DNA of 64,000 nt from a virus. Within the stretch, counting starts at the first letter, position 1. Every line of letters starts with the position of its first letter. A program made the translations under genes and the position numbers. Below, one piece after another: positions 29,509 through 38,089 of this stretch. The notes beneath the pieces are model-generated. The model worked only from the letters and a program-made list of their open reading frames with translations. It did not search any database and had not been told where the DNA came from. The stretch lies in the IMG/VR virus record IMGVR_UViG_3300022751_000017, positions 27,187 to 91,186 of that record; one strand, 5' to 3'.

Positions 29509-29541
29509 TAATATACAAGCTAATAAAAATAATTAACCCAA

Positions 29542-29572
29542 TAAAGGGATACCTTAAACGGGTATCCCTTTA
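29542..29572 (+). terminator. Intrinsic terminator
   Basis: TAAAGGGATACC-ttaaacg-GGTATCCCTTTA. Confidence 0.75.
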
Positions 29573-29584
29573 ATAATTTATACA

Positions 29585-31972
29585 ATGCCAGCACTACCAA
29601 TTACAACATCACCTGATATTACATCGCTTAATTTCGGGATACTATACGATATCTCTGCCGGTACGCCGTCAATTACACTGACTAACTTATCCGTGGGTAA
29701 TCCATCCGGATCTACCCGGCTGAATAATTGTACCTGGTGGTATAAAATATACTCTCCTAATGGTGTAGCTATTCATGAGGGTTCTGAATCTACACCGGAT
29801 GTTGATAATAATACATGGTCAACATTGACAATCCCTGCAGGTTCATGGCCAACGCCTTTCGGTATACCTCCATATGGGCAGGTTGAGTTCAGCTGCGCAG
29901 TGCCATATGTGGCTACATTGTTTGTAAAGGACGGTGTAGGCAACATATACAGTACGGCACCCAAGTCAACACTTCTGTGCCGGCCAAATGGCAATACCGA
30001 TAAGACAAAGGGGAACTTTGGCGCAGCAGAAGTGGGAATGCAGACACAGTGTGCCCAGGCAAAAATATATTCTTCAGATACCACCAATTACACTTATCAG
30101 GGCATAATTGGTAGTTCACAGGCGAGTACCTGGACGCTTGCATATCCAATGGATGCGGATGGTAATCTGCCTGACCCTGTAGTAGTCCTTAATAAGCCTA
30201 CGGTAATATTCCCTGTAGGATATAGCTCTGAAGGTTACCAGCTATATCTCAATACATTTTGTACATACAATACAGGCGACAATGGCGCCGTAAAAATACA
30301 GTACAAATTTAAGGAAGTGTTCTCTGTATTCTGTAATGTAGACCTGTGTGCTATACAGTGTGAAATAGACAAGCTATATGCACAGCTGTCACCTAAATGC
30401 GGTACTGTGACCAATCCTGAATTGCAGGACAGGCTGTTCCGTATAGGTGTGCTAATGGATAAGTGCCTTACTGGCATAGCACAGCCTTTATGCGGCATAG
30501 ACGTACCGGCAACCATACAGGAGATAAAGCGCATAGGTTGCTTTGACTGTGATTGCATGTGCGGTACAGGAGGGGGGATCAATCCGGTAGGGAATACTAC
30601 GGGCATAATCACTTTCGACACAGAAACGGTAGGTGATATCACCGCAGTTATAACCAATGTAGGTGACAACTATCTCTTGCATCTGGAAGTGCCGAATAGT
30701 GGAGGTGTTCCTAATCTGCAGCAGGTAAGCCAGGTAGGTAATGTGACCAACAGGCCTTTATATAGCGGAGTGCAGGCATCATATTATTCAAGTATTGCCT
30801 CAAGAAATGTAAATGTCGCCAATGGTGCGGACATCCTTATTGCACTTGATAGCTCTACAGGTACCAATTACCTGCGTATAAAGGGTGCTACATCTGGTAT
30901 TGTTCAGCTTACAGCTGCAGATGTTACTACCCCATATACTATGAAGCTGCCAGCGGCGCAAGGTACCGGGTATTTGAAGAACCCGGGAGATGGGTTGCTT
31001 GTGTGGGATGCAAGTGGCGGCGGCGGATCTCAGAACCTGCAGCAGGTTACTACTGTAGGCAATGAAACTACCAACCCTATAAACCTTAAGGGTGCAGGAA
31101 CAAAGCTTATGCAGCTAACATCAGGCGGGTTTGCTGTATACCAATCTACCGGTGACCTGTGGGCTGGGCTTGATACATCTCTGGGGATAGCAAGATTTAT
31201 CTTGAGGGGAGGCGCCGCAGGTACAGGAACTGTTAATATGCAAGCGCCGAGCGCAATATCCGCTTCGTATGACTGGATATTCCCGGCTGCGCAGGGAGGC
31301 GCTAATACGTTGCCGCTGAATGATGGTACGGGCCAGCTGTCATGGTGGCTCGCAAATTTACAGAATGTAACAAATAATGGGTCAATAACAACAAATACGA
31401 TCACAGTAGGTGCCTCTGCAGGTTCTAATGCAAAGCTATCTGCGACTGATGTGACAGTGTATAATGCTTCTGTCGTTGTTGCTAGATTGTTAGGGGTAGG
31501 AGGTATTGGTATTTTGACATTAAGAGAATTCACTGGGTTCATTGTCAACTTGAGGGCAGACCCCGGCGGGATGACTTCTAATTTGGATTTTTTCTTCCCG
31601 AGATTTAAATCTGGCACATTGGCATTGAGTGGTGCCGGAACTGCTGTGACCTTTGCGTTGAATGTCGGTGCCGGCACTGGTGCCACTGTAGTAGATAATT
31701 TATCAAATGATAACGGTGGATCTTTCACAATTACAACAGGTACAAGTCCTGCAGTAGGGAGGGTCATTTTAGTATCATACTCTATGACATATCCTACAAC
31801 ACCGTATAGGCATGTTGTGATATGCCCTGGTAATGCTGCTACGGCAGCGTTAAGTGGCGCGCAGAATGTATATGCGAATGAAGGCTCTTTGAATAGTTTT
31901 GAAATTATATCCGGTGCCACCCCATTGGCTGCAAGTACAGTATATCGCTGGAATTATGTAGTTAGTAACTAA
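29585..31972 (+). CDS. Tail fibre/hub protein
   Basis: Cys-rich attachment domain, then three NLQxVxxxGxxT fibre repeats and a beta-rich tip. Confidence 0.7.
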   Translation: MPALPITTSPDITSLNFGILYDISAGTPSITLTNLSVGNPSGSTRLNNCTWWYKIYSPNGVAIHEGSESTPDVDNNTWSTLTIPAGSWPTPFGIPPYGQVEFSCAVPYVATLFVKDGVGNIYSTAPKSTLLCRPNGNTDKTKGNFGAAEVGMQTQCAQAKIYSSDTTNYTYQGIIGSSQASTWTLAYPMDADGNLPDPVVVLNKPTVIFPVGYSSEGYQLYLNTFCTYNTGDNGAVKIQYKFKEVFSVFCNVDLCAIQCEIDKLYAQLSPKCGTVTNPELQDRLFRIGVLMDKCLTGIAQPLCGIDVPATIQEIKRIGCFDCDCMCGTGGGINPVGNTTGIITFDTETVGDITAVITNVGDNYLLHLEVPNSGGVPNLQQVSQVGNVTNRPLYSGVQASYYSSIASRNVNVANGADILIALDSSTGTNYLRIKGATSGIVQLTAADVTTPYTMKLPAAQGTGYLKNPGDGLLVWDASGGGGSQNLQQVTTVGNETTNPINLKGAGTKLMQLTSGGFAVYQSTGDLWAGLDTSLGIARFILRGGAAGTGTVNMQAPSAISASYDWIFPAAQGGANTLPLNDGTGQLSWWLANLQNVTNNGSITTNTITVGASAGSNAKLSATDVTVYNASVVVARLLGVGGIGILTLREFTGFIVNLRADPGGMTSNLDFFFPRFKSGTLALSGAGTAVTFALNVGAGTGATVVDNLSNDNGGSFTITTGTSPAVGRVILVSYSMTYPTTPYRHVVICPGNAATAALSGAQNVYANEGSLNSFEIISGATPLAASTVYRWNYVVSN

Positions 31973-31980
31973 TCAAAAAC

Positions 31981-32763
31981 ATGACACCAATCAACATATT
32001 CACTATCTGGCAGGCATTAATGTCTGAGGTAAATGTACAGCAGGGCGGCCAGATACGCCCTGTGCAGGATTTCCAGAACTGGTATAATGCCGTATCACTG
32101 GAACTGTTCCGTGAGAAGGTAGCAAAGGCAGAAATCAATCAGATGACTGATGATGACCTGTCTCCGTTCCTGCTCTCAATGAATATATCGGTAGGCCAGG
32201 TATCTGGGCAGAGATACGGGCTTGTCCCATATCCCGCCAATTATGAGGGATTCTCTAACATGCGCGTGCTCAGGCCTAAGGGTGCTACAGCATGCGCGTG
32301 TGATGGCTCATTGCCTATTATGGACAAAGGGAAATGCGTACAGGTAGTAGATCCAGATTATGCAGAGATGGCAGCGCGATTCGCCGGTACTAACCTTGCC
32401 GAGTTCACAATGAATAAGGTGGATAATCAGGCGTGGGGTAATTGCCTTCAGCATGACACTAAGGGGCCGACTTTTGACAGCCCAAAGCTTACGCAATACT
32501 CTTCTGGGTTCCAGGTGGCGCCGGCAGGAATTTCCATCGTGGTACTGGATTATTACAGGCTACCCCGCAGTGCTGTATTTGCATATACGGTATCCAATGA
32601 TGATATTGTTATTTATGACAGCAATAATAGCGTGCAGCTAGAATGGAGCTCTACGCTGGAGAATGAATTCCTTACGCGCCTGAAGAAAAAGTATGCATTG
32701 CATGTTCACGACAGCGAAACATACCAGATGGCTGTTAATGATAAAAAAGAACTGGTACCTTAA
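31981..32763 (+). CDS. Tail ring/adaptor protein
   Basis: NVQQGGQI...FQNW, PANY, LDYYRLP...FAYTV...SVQLEW pattern of crAss-type ring proteins. Confidence 0.7.
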   Translation: MTPINIFTIWQALMSEVNVQQGGQIRPVQDFQNWYNAVSLELFREKVAKAEINQMTDDDLSPFLLSMNISVGQVSGQRYGLVPYPANYEGFSNMRVLRPKGATACACDGSLPIMDKGKCVQVVDPDYAEMAARFAGTNLAEFTMNKVDNQAWGNCLQHDTKGPTFDSPKLTQYSSGFQVAPAGISIVVLDYYRLPRSAVFAYTVSNDDIVIYDSNNSVQLEWSSTLENEFLTRLKKKYALHVHDSETYQMAVNDKKELVP

Positions 32764-32789
32764 ATTAATTGTATTAATTTTATACCCAC

Positions 32790-33464
32790 ATGGCAACATC
32801 ATTAAAGCAAGCGGCGGCAAGGGCAATGGACCTGTACTATCAGGACTATGCTCCGCGTGACTCATTTTTTGATGTTCCTGATTTTAAGTTTCATTTCGCC
32901 TCGGTATACAGTGATCTGTTCGATGCCGATTTCCAGATGTTCAGAAAGATGACAAGGCAGGAAACGGGATTTAGTAATGTAGAGATAACTGCGCAGTGGC
33001 TTGTAAAGGAGAAAGTGAAAGTAGAGATTTCAGAACATGAGCCGGTGTATTATGCAACTCCTTCAAGCTGTGTATTTGGGTTCGGGTATGATGCCTTCTC
33101 TTATTCTCTGGATTCTGTCAGGCCAGCGAGCCCATGTGGCTGCCGGCTGCAGAAGATATCGAGAGATGAGGTGCCATACTTGGATATTGCCCCTACTACC
33201 TCTCTTTGCTATTATTGGCTAGAGGCTAATAATAAAATATCGTTTCTTAATGATGTCAAGGAGGTCTTCATATCGTACATCCCATCTGTAGATGCGAATA
33301 ATGATGATTGTGTGATCAGTGACCTGATAGTTAGCAAGGCTATACGGGCGACTCTTGATATCATGTTTAAATCAAAAAATGGCAATGTTATAGACGTTGT
33401 CAATGACGGTAATTCAAATCCTACAGCACAGAACCAGCAAAACCCAGCACTAAATAAACCATAG
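32790..33464 (+). CDS. Tail ring/tubular protein
   Basis: Position and helical-beta-helical pattern ending DVVND. Confidence 0.6.
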   Translation: MATSLKQAAARAMDLYYQDYAPRDSFFDVPDFKFHFASVYSDLFDADFQMFRKMTRQETGFSNVEITAQWLVKEKVKVEISEHEPVYYATPSSCVFGFGYDAFSYSLDSVRPASPCGCRLQKISRDEVPYLDIAPTTSLCYYWLEANNKISFLNDVKEVFISYIPSVDANNDDCVISDLIVSKAIRATLDIMFKSKNGNVIDVVNDGNSNPTAQNQQNPALNKP

Positions 33465-33466
33465 CC

Positions 33467-33733
33467 ATGAGCAACGAAAACATAAAACTGAACTACTTTC
33501 AAGCCAGGTCAAATATATTTGCCGGTACCATGATGCGCAGGGAATCCTGGGCGGAGTGTCGTAAGGTACGTAAATGGGAACAGTCAGATGCAGAGTATGT
33601 GGGGTACTTCCCGGATATGATCGTTGAAGACTGTCCAAAAAAATGTGATTGCCAGATTGGTCCATTCATTCCCACAAGTGAGGATGAGAATGGTATCGAC
33701 TGGATTATTGTTGAAGCAGACCAAAAAATATAA
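33467..33733 (+). CDS. Tad2/DUF2829-like protein (candidate immune-signal sponge)
   Basis: LNYFQA....AG..MRRESW ... FIPTSED....DWIIV matches the F.EA...G..V.R..W ... PS..D.LA.DW family pattern. Confidence 0.65.
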   Translation: MSNENIKLNYFQARSNIFAGTMMRRESWAECRKVRKWEQSDAEYVGYFPDMIVEDCPKKCDCQIGPFIPTSEDENGIDWIIVEADQKI

Positions 33734-33738
33734 TCATC

Positions 33739-34053
33739 ATGGGCAGAGAACTACCGCAAGAGAAAGTACAACGCATTATTAACCAGAATTCAAGCGGCCT
33801 GGAAGAAGAGAATAAGACTTTGCGTGATCAGATACGCTCTATAGAGGAGTCTAATGACACAATAAAAGGACTGTCGGATATCTGTGAAGGGCTCAATGCT
33901 AAGATTAGCCTGCTTGAGTCGGACATTGCAGAAAAAGATGCGCTCATAGAGAAGCTGAACCAAGCCAATTTTGAACTCATTGAAACTGCCAAGAAATCAC
34001 CAGCAGAAGACAGTGCAGAATCAAAGAAGACCGCCACGAAAAATAAAAAATAA
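33739..34053 (+). CDS. Coiled-coil protein
   Basis: Heptad pattern across most of the 104 aa. Confidence 0.6.
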   Translation: MGRELPQEKVQRIINQNSSGLEEENKTLRDQIRSIEESNDTIKGLSDICEGLNAKISLLESDIAEKDALIEKLNQANFELIETAKKSPAEDSAESKKTATKNKK

Positions 34054-34059
34054 ATTCAG

Positions 34060-35148
34060 ATGCCTACCCAGTACGGAAAACAGGTAAAGACCATAAGCGA
34101 TTTTGTACGCACCTTCAGCCTTAAGCAAGGTAACACGAAGGCTGCGTACTTTGTGCGTAACCTGGAGTTTGCCGCATGGGCTTGGAAAGAAATGTTCAGG
34201 AAGAGCATCTGGGAGATAAAAACAGTAGTGCTTACCTTGGATAAAGATCATAATATCCGTATCCCGGATGATTGTGAGCGAATGGTAAATGTCAGTGTGG
34301 TAGACCGATTTGGCAAGCTGCAGCCGCTGTCGTACAACCCCAATATGAGCACTGTGGAAGTGATGTGTGAAACTAATTCTTGCGCATGTACTCATTGTCA
34401 TGGGAAGGATACCTTATGTGCGGCGGTGGAGAACATCTCAGTTGTATTTGAGGATATAATCATAGATGGGGAGACTTACCAGAAGGTCACTTATATAAAG
34501 GCAGATGGCTGCGGGAATATTATTAAAGAAGAGCACGTACCTGTAACAGAGGCGATATCCGAGAAAGTTGTTACAACAATTGTGACTACTTCTTTGTGTA
34601 AGGTAGAGGTAAGTGATAAGGGGTGTATATTGCCAACTGCCCCAAATATTAATATGTTGCAGACCTATTGCGGCTATAATGGGTCCATGCTGAATAATGG
34701 ATACCGTGGTAATGGGTTGGGTTATAACGCTTACCGCAGTTTAATACCGGTGCCATATAATTATTATGGACACTGGAACTGGAATGCTGCATGCCAGGAT
34801 ATTATCCATATATTCCGTAGCGCTGCAAATAACTGTACTTATATCAACCAGCAGGATACATGCACTGTAAACTGCGCCCAGGAACAGAATGACATTCATA
34901 AAGTTATTTTATCGTACCAGACCATAGGAGCAGAACCTGGCGTTGAAATATTAATACCGGAATATGCAGAGATGGCCATCAGTATAGGTATATTATACCA
35001 GCAGGCATTATTCAACCCTAAGGACATGGATAGGAATAATGCAATGCTCTACAAATTCAGGGCCGCAAAGAAAGACGTTGACCGGCATCTCAACCCTATC
35101 CGCATGGATGACATCATTAAAATTCAAACACAGCCACATTTGTGGTAA
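34060..35148 (+). CDS. Tail ring/tubular protein with a Cys-rich insertion
   Basis: IKTVVL...IPDD...VSVVDRFGKLQPL and ILSYQTIG...IPEYAEMAI motifs. Confidence 0.7.
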   Translation: MPTQYGKQVKTISDFVRTFSLKQGNTKAAYFVRNLEFAAWAWKEMFRKSIWEIKTVVLTLDKDHNIRIPDDCERMVNVSVVDRFGKLQPLSYNPNMSTVEVMCETNSCACTHCHGKDTLCAAVENISVVFEDIIIDGETYQKVTYIKADGCGNIIKEEHVPVTEAISEKVVTTIVTTSLCKVEVSDKGCILPTAPNINMLQTYCGYNGSMLNNGYRGNGLGYNAYRSLIPVPYNYYGHWNWNAACQDIIHIFRSAANNCTYINQQDTCTVNCAQEQNDIHKVILSYQTIGAEPGVEILIPEYAEMAISIGILYQQALFNPKDMDRNNAMLYKFRAAKKDVDRHLNPIRMDDIIKIQTQPHLW

Positions 35149-35160
35149 AAACAGGAGCGC

Positions 35161-35433
35161 ATGTATTTCATAGAAGTAAAGACCACAGGCCATATAGACA
35201 GGCCAGAGATAGTTCATCGCGAGCATATAGAGAAACTGAATAACTACCTGCAGACTGGTGTTTCTATTGAGTTCGGGCGGTATGAGAAACTGGCAGAAGA
35301 CCGGCGCGGCAATACAAGCATCATAAGAAATGTATGTAGCCATAGCACTACTAACTATCAATACAATTTTGTACTTACCCTGATAACTACTTTGTGTTGC
35401 GAAGGCGAGCATCCAGATAAATTTTTGCCATAA
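35161..35433 (+). CDS. Hypothetical protein
   Basis: 90-aa ORF filling the gap. Confidence 0.5.
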   Translation: MYFIEVKTTGHIDRPEIVHREHIEKLNNYLQTGVSIEFGRYEKLAEDRRGNTSIIRNVCSHSTTNYQYNFVLTLITTLCCEGEHPDKFLP

Positions 35434-35444
35434 AATATAATATC

Positions 35445-36191
35445 ATGCTACCATTAGGACTTATAGGCGGAGGATTGCTTGGCGCAGGGGAAATTGCATA
35501 CGGGCTCATCAACCAGTCAAAGGCAAGAAAGGCCGCGGCAGCAAACATCCGGCCGAAATACGAAATACCTGACGAAGAGCGCCAGGCTGAAAATCTTGCT
35601 CAGGCGGAGAGTATGGCGGGGCAGGGCATGTCGGCAGCATCGCGTCAGCAGCTGTATCAGAACACCGCCAACATGCAGGGGCAGTCAATAGATGCTATAC
35701 TCCGCGCCGGTGGCGACCCGAATGCTATAAGCAACCTGGCTAATAACACGCAGAACCAGCTCAACCAGAGTTCTATCTATGACAACCAAGCTAGGTTGCA
35801 AAATCTGGGTAACCTGCAGGCCTTACGTTCGCAGATATCATCAAGGAGGTCTGCAAGTAAAGATAAGGCATGGCAGCTCAATCACTACCAGCCATGGGCG
35901 GACCGTGCACAAGCTATTGCCCAGCAATCGCAGGGTGCGCAGAATATGATCAACTCGGGCGTGAACCAGTTGGGTATGGGCTTGGTAAGCGGCCTCGGCA
36001 GCCTGTCAAAGCCTGCTGGAATACCATCGCAACCGCAGGGCATGCCGCCATCACCATGGCAGATGCCTATGCAGCCACAGGCGGACTATTCTCAGGGCAA
36101 TAATTTTTACCCAACACAGCCATTTGGTATGATGGCTGACAACAATACAGAACAGGGCGGCCCTTCATGGAATGGCTGGTCATTTCAATAA
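35445..36191 (+). CDS. Internal virion/ejection protein 1
   Basis: Gly-rich hydrophobic N-terminus; Ala/Gln-rich helices; no Cys. Confidence 0.7.
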   Translation: MLPLGLIGGGLLGAGEIAYGLINQSKARKAAAANIRPKYEIPDEERQAENLAQAESMAGQGMSAASRQQLYQNTANMQGQSIDAILRAGGDPNAISNLANNTQNQLNQSSIYDNQARLQNLGNLQALRSQISSRRSASKDKAWQLNHYQPWADRAQAIAQQSQGAQNMINSGVNQLGMGLVSGLGSLSKPAGIPSQPQGMPPSPWQMPMQPQADYSQGNNFYPTQPFGMMADNNTEQGGPSWNGWSFQ

Positions 36192-36197
36192 ATAAAC

Positions 36198-38081
36198 ATG
36201 GCTGACGCACCTTTTATCACAGGCTCTGACCTGACATCAAACCCCGGCAATGCAGCATTAGGATATAGTTCCGGAATAGCATATAATGCGAACCCGGAGA
36301 TACAGAATCCTTTTGCCGGCATCCAGAGCTCGCTTAGTAGCCTTCAGAACGAAGAGGTGTATCGTAGGCAACTTGCTGCGCAGCAGGCCCAGAAAGAAAA
36401 AGACGAACTTGCTGCTCATCTTGCAGAGACCGGTCAGAGCGTGTTCAACATGAAAGGTGAGAATGGACAGAATATGTCCTTCAGTCCACTACAGGAAGAC
36501 TATGATATAATGAGGGGTGGCGCAGATGAAATACGCAAGAGTACAATGGGCAACCCTACCGGTTGGAAATTTGACCTGGACCGTATTGCCAAGGAGCAGC
36601 GCCAGCAGCAGCTGGTGAGGCATGCAGGCGTAAGGGCGGTTGAGGTTGCAAAACTCCAACAGGCCGCCGCAGCCACTAACGACCCGCAGGAGCGCGCGGA
36701 TATCCTGAATCACATATCAAAAATAAAATCGCAAAAAGTAGATGACTTCATCTCTCCTGATCCCTATATGCCTAAGGCTAAGTATGATGTAAATAAATTC
36801 ATACAGGAAGATGTCATAAACGGGAAGAACAAGGAGGCCTGGCAGACATTTGACGTGAACTCTGTAGATGATAAAGGGGCGCAGAAGACGGAGTCATTGT
36901 CTGGCATCAGCAATAATGTGCTGAACTGGAAAACAAAGGCGCAGCCTGGATCTGAATTATATGCCAACGCAGTCAACATGGCTAATGGCTTCTATAATAG
37001 TAATGTAGCCAGAGACCCACGCGCATTGTTGGCGCAAAACAAGCGCAATGCAGAGATAAATGCCTTCCGCGGATTCAAGCCAGGGGATAGTGGGTACGTA
37101 CAGAATATAGCAGAGGTGCTTCCCAATGGCCAGATACAATACACAGGTCTGTCACCGGTGGAGACTGCATACACACTTACGGCAGAGGCTTATGGCGGTC
37201 CGCAAGTCAATCGCGAACTCAAAAAGACTGCAGCGGAAACTACGAAAGAAAAACTTGATATAGCTGGCAAAAGGGCAGACATCGCAAAGACCTATGCCGA
37301 TATTGAGAACGCAAGAAAGCGACTTGAAGTGGATAAGGATAAAATGACCAAAGCTGATTATGATAATCAGAATGACATTTTAGAGGCGAAGACTGCAGCT
37401 CTGAACGTGCAGAAAAACTTGACATCTGCCGGTAATTTCATGGGTATACCTGAAATCATAAATTCGGTACCCGAAGGCAACCGCTCTGGCTTAAGCACTA
37501 CATTAGCTAATAATGGCATAGACCCATCTACATATGAGATGGCCATATTAAACAGGAACGACCAAACAATAAAGCACATATCGGGTGTTCAATCTCAAAA
37601 GCAGGATGGCACTTATTCTTCTGGGGTGTCTGCTCCACAGTATACCTACCTGTTAAAGCCAAAGTCCGGTAACCTGGCTGATTACCGGTATCTTATAGGA
37701 TTCAAAGAGCTGCAGGAGATGAAGAACCAAGATGATGGTACGGTCATCATAAACAAAAAGACTAACAAGCCTCAAATGCAAGAGGTAATGCAGTGGAAGA
37801 CCGTATCTCCGCAAGAGGCCATAGGAAACTCTGTTAAGGCCGCAAAGAATTTCTACAATATAACTGATAAGACCGGAGAGAACATCAATCGTGCAGTAGA
37901 TTATTTCGACAAGCTATCTGGTGCAGCAGAGCCGGCTGCACCAAAGGAAAATAATTCTGATGCGCAGCCAGCGGTAGAAGGCGCAAAGAAGATGGAAGGC
38001 GGCAAACGTATGTTATTTACAAATGGTGTCTGGAAAACAGTGAAAGGGAAGGATAAAAAAGGTAATTTCGTCTTTGAATAA
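36198..38081 (+). CDS. Internal virion/ejection protein 2
   Basis: 627 aa, helical, no Cys; position. Confidence 0.65.
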   Translation: MADAPFITGSDLTSNPGNAALGYSSGIAYNANPEIQNPFAGIQSSLSSLQNEEVYRRQLAAQQAQKEKDELAAHLAETGQSVFNMKGENGQNMSFSPLQEDYDIMRGGADEIRKSTMGNPTGWKFDLDRIAKEQRQQQLVRHAGVRAVEVAKLQQAAAATNDPQERADILNHISKIKSQKVDDFISPDPYMPKAKYDVNKFIQEDVINGKNKEAWQTFDVNSVDDKGAQKTESLSGISNNVLNWKTKAQPGSELYANAVNMANGFYNSNVARDPRALLAQNKRNAEINAFRGFKPGDSGYVQNIAEVLPNGQIQYTGLSPVETAYTLTAEAYGGPQVNRELKKTAAETTKEKLDIAGKRADIAKTYADIENARKRLEVDKDKMTKADYDNQNDILEAKTAALNVQKNLTSAGNFMGIPEIINSVPEGNRSGLSTTLANNGIDPSTYEMAILNRNDQTIKHISGVQSQKQDGTYSSGVSAPQYTYLLKPKSGNLADYRYLIGFKELQEMKNQDDGTVIINKKTNKPQMQEVMQWKTVSPQEAIGNSVKAAKNFYNITDKTGENINRAVDYFDKLSGAAEPAAPKENNSDAQPAVEGAKKMEGGKRMLFTNGVWKTVKGKDKKGNFVFE

Positions 38082-38089
38082 TATAAGTC

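Noticed and set aside
31030-31920. 296-aa minus-strand ORF opposite the fibre gene
   Set aside because: Antisense shadow of Gly/Thr/Ala-rich codons; no start signals.
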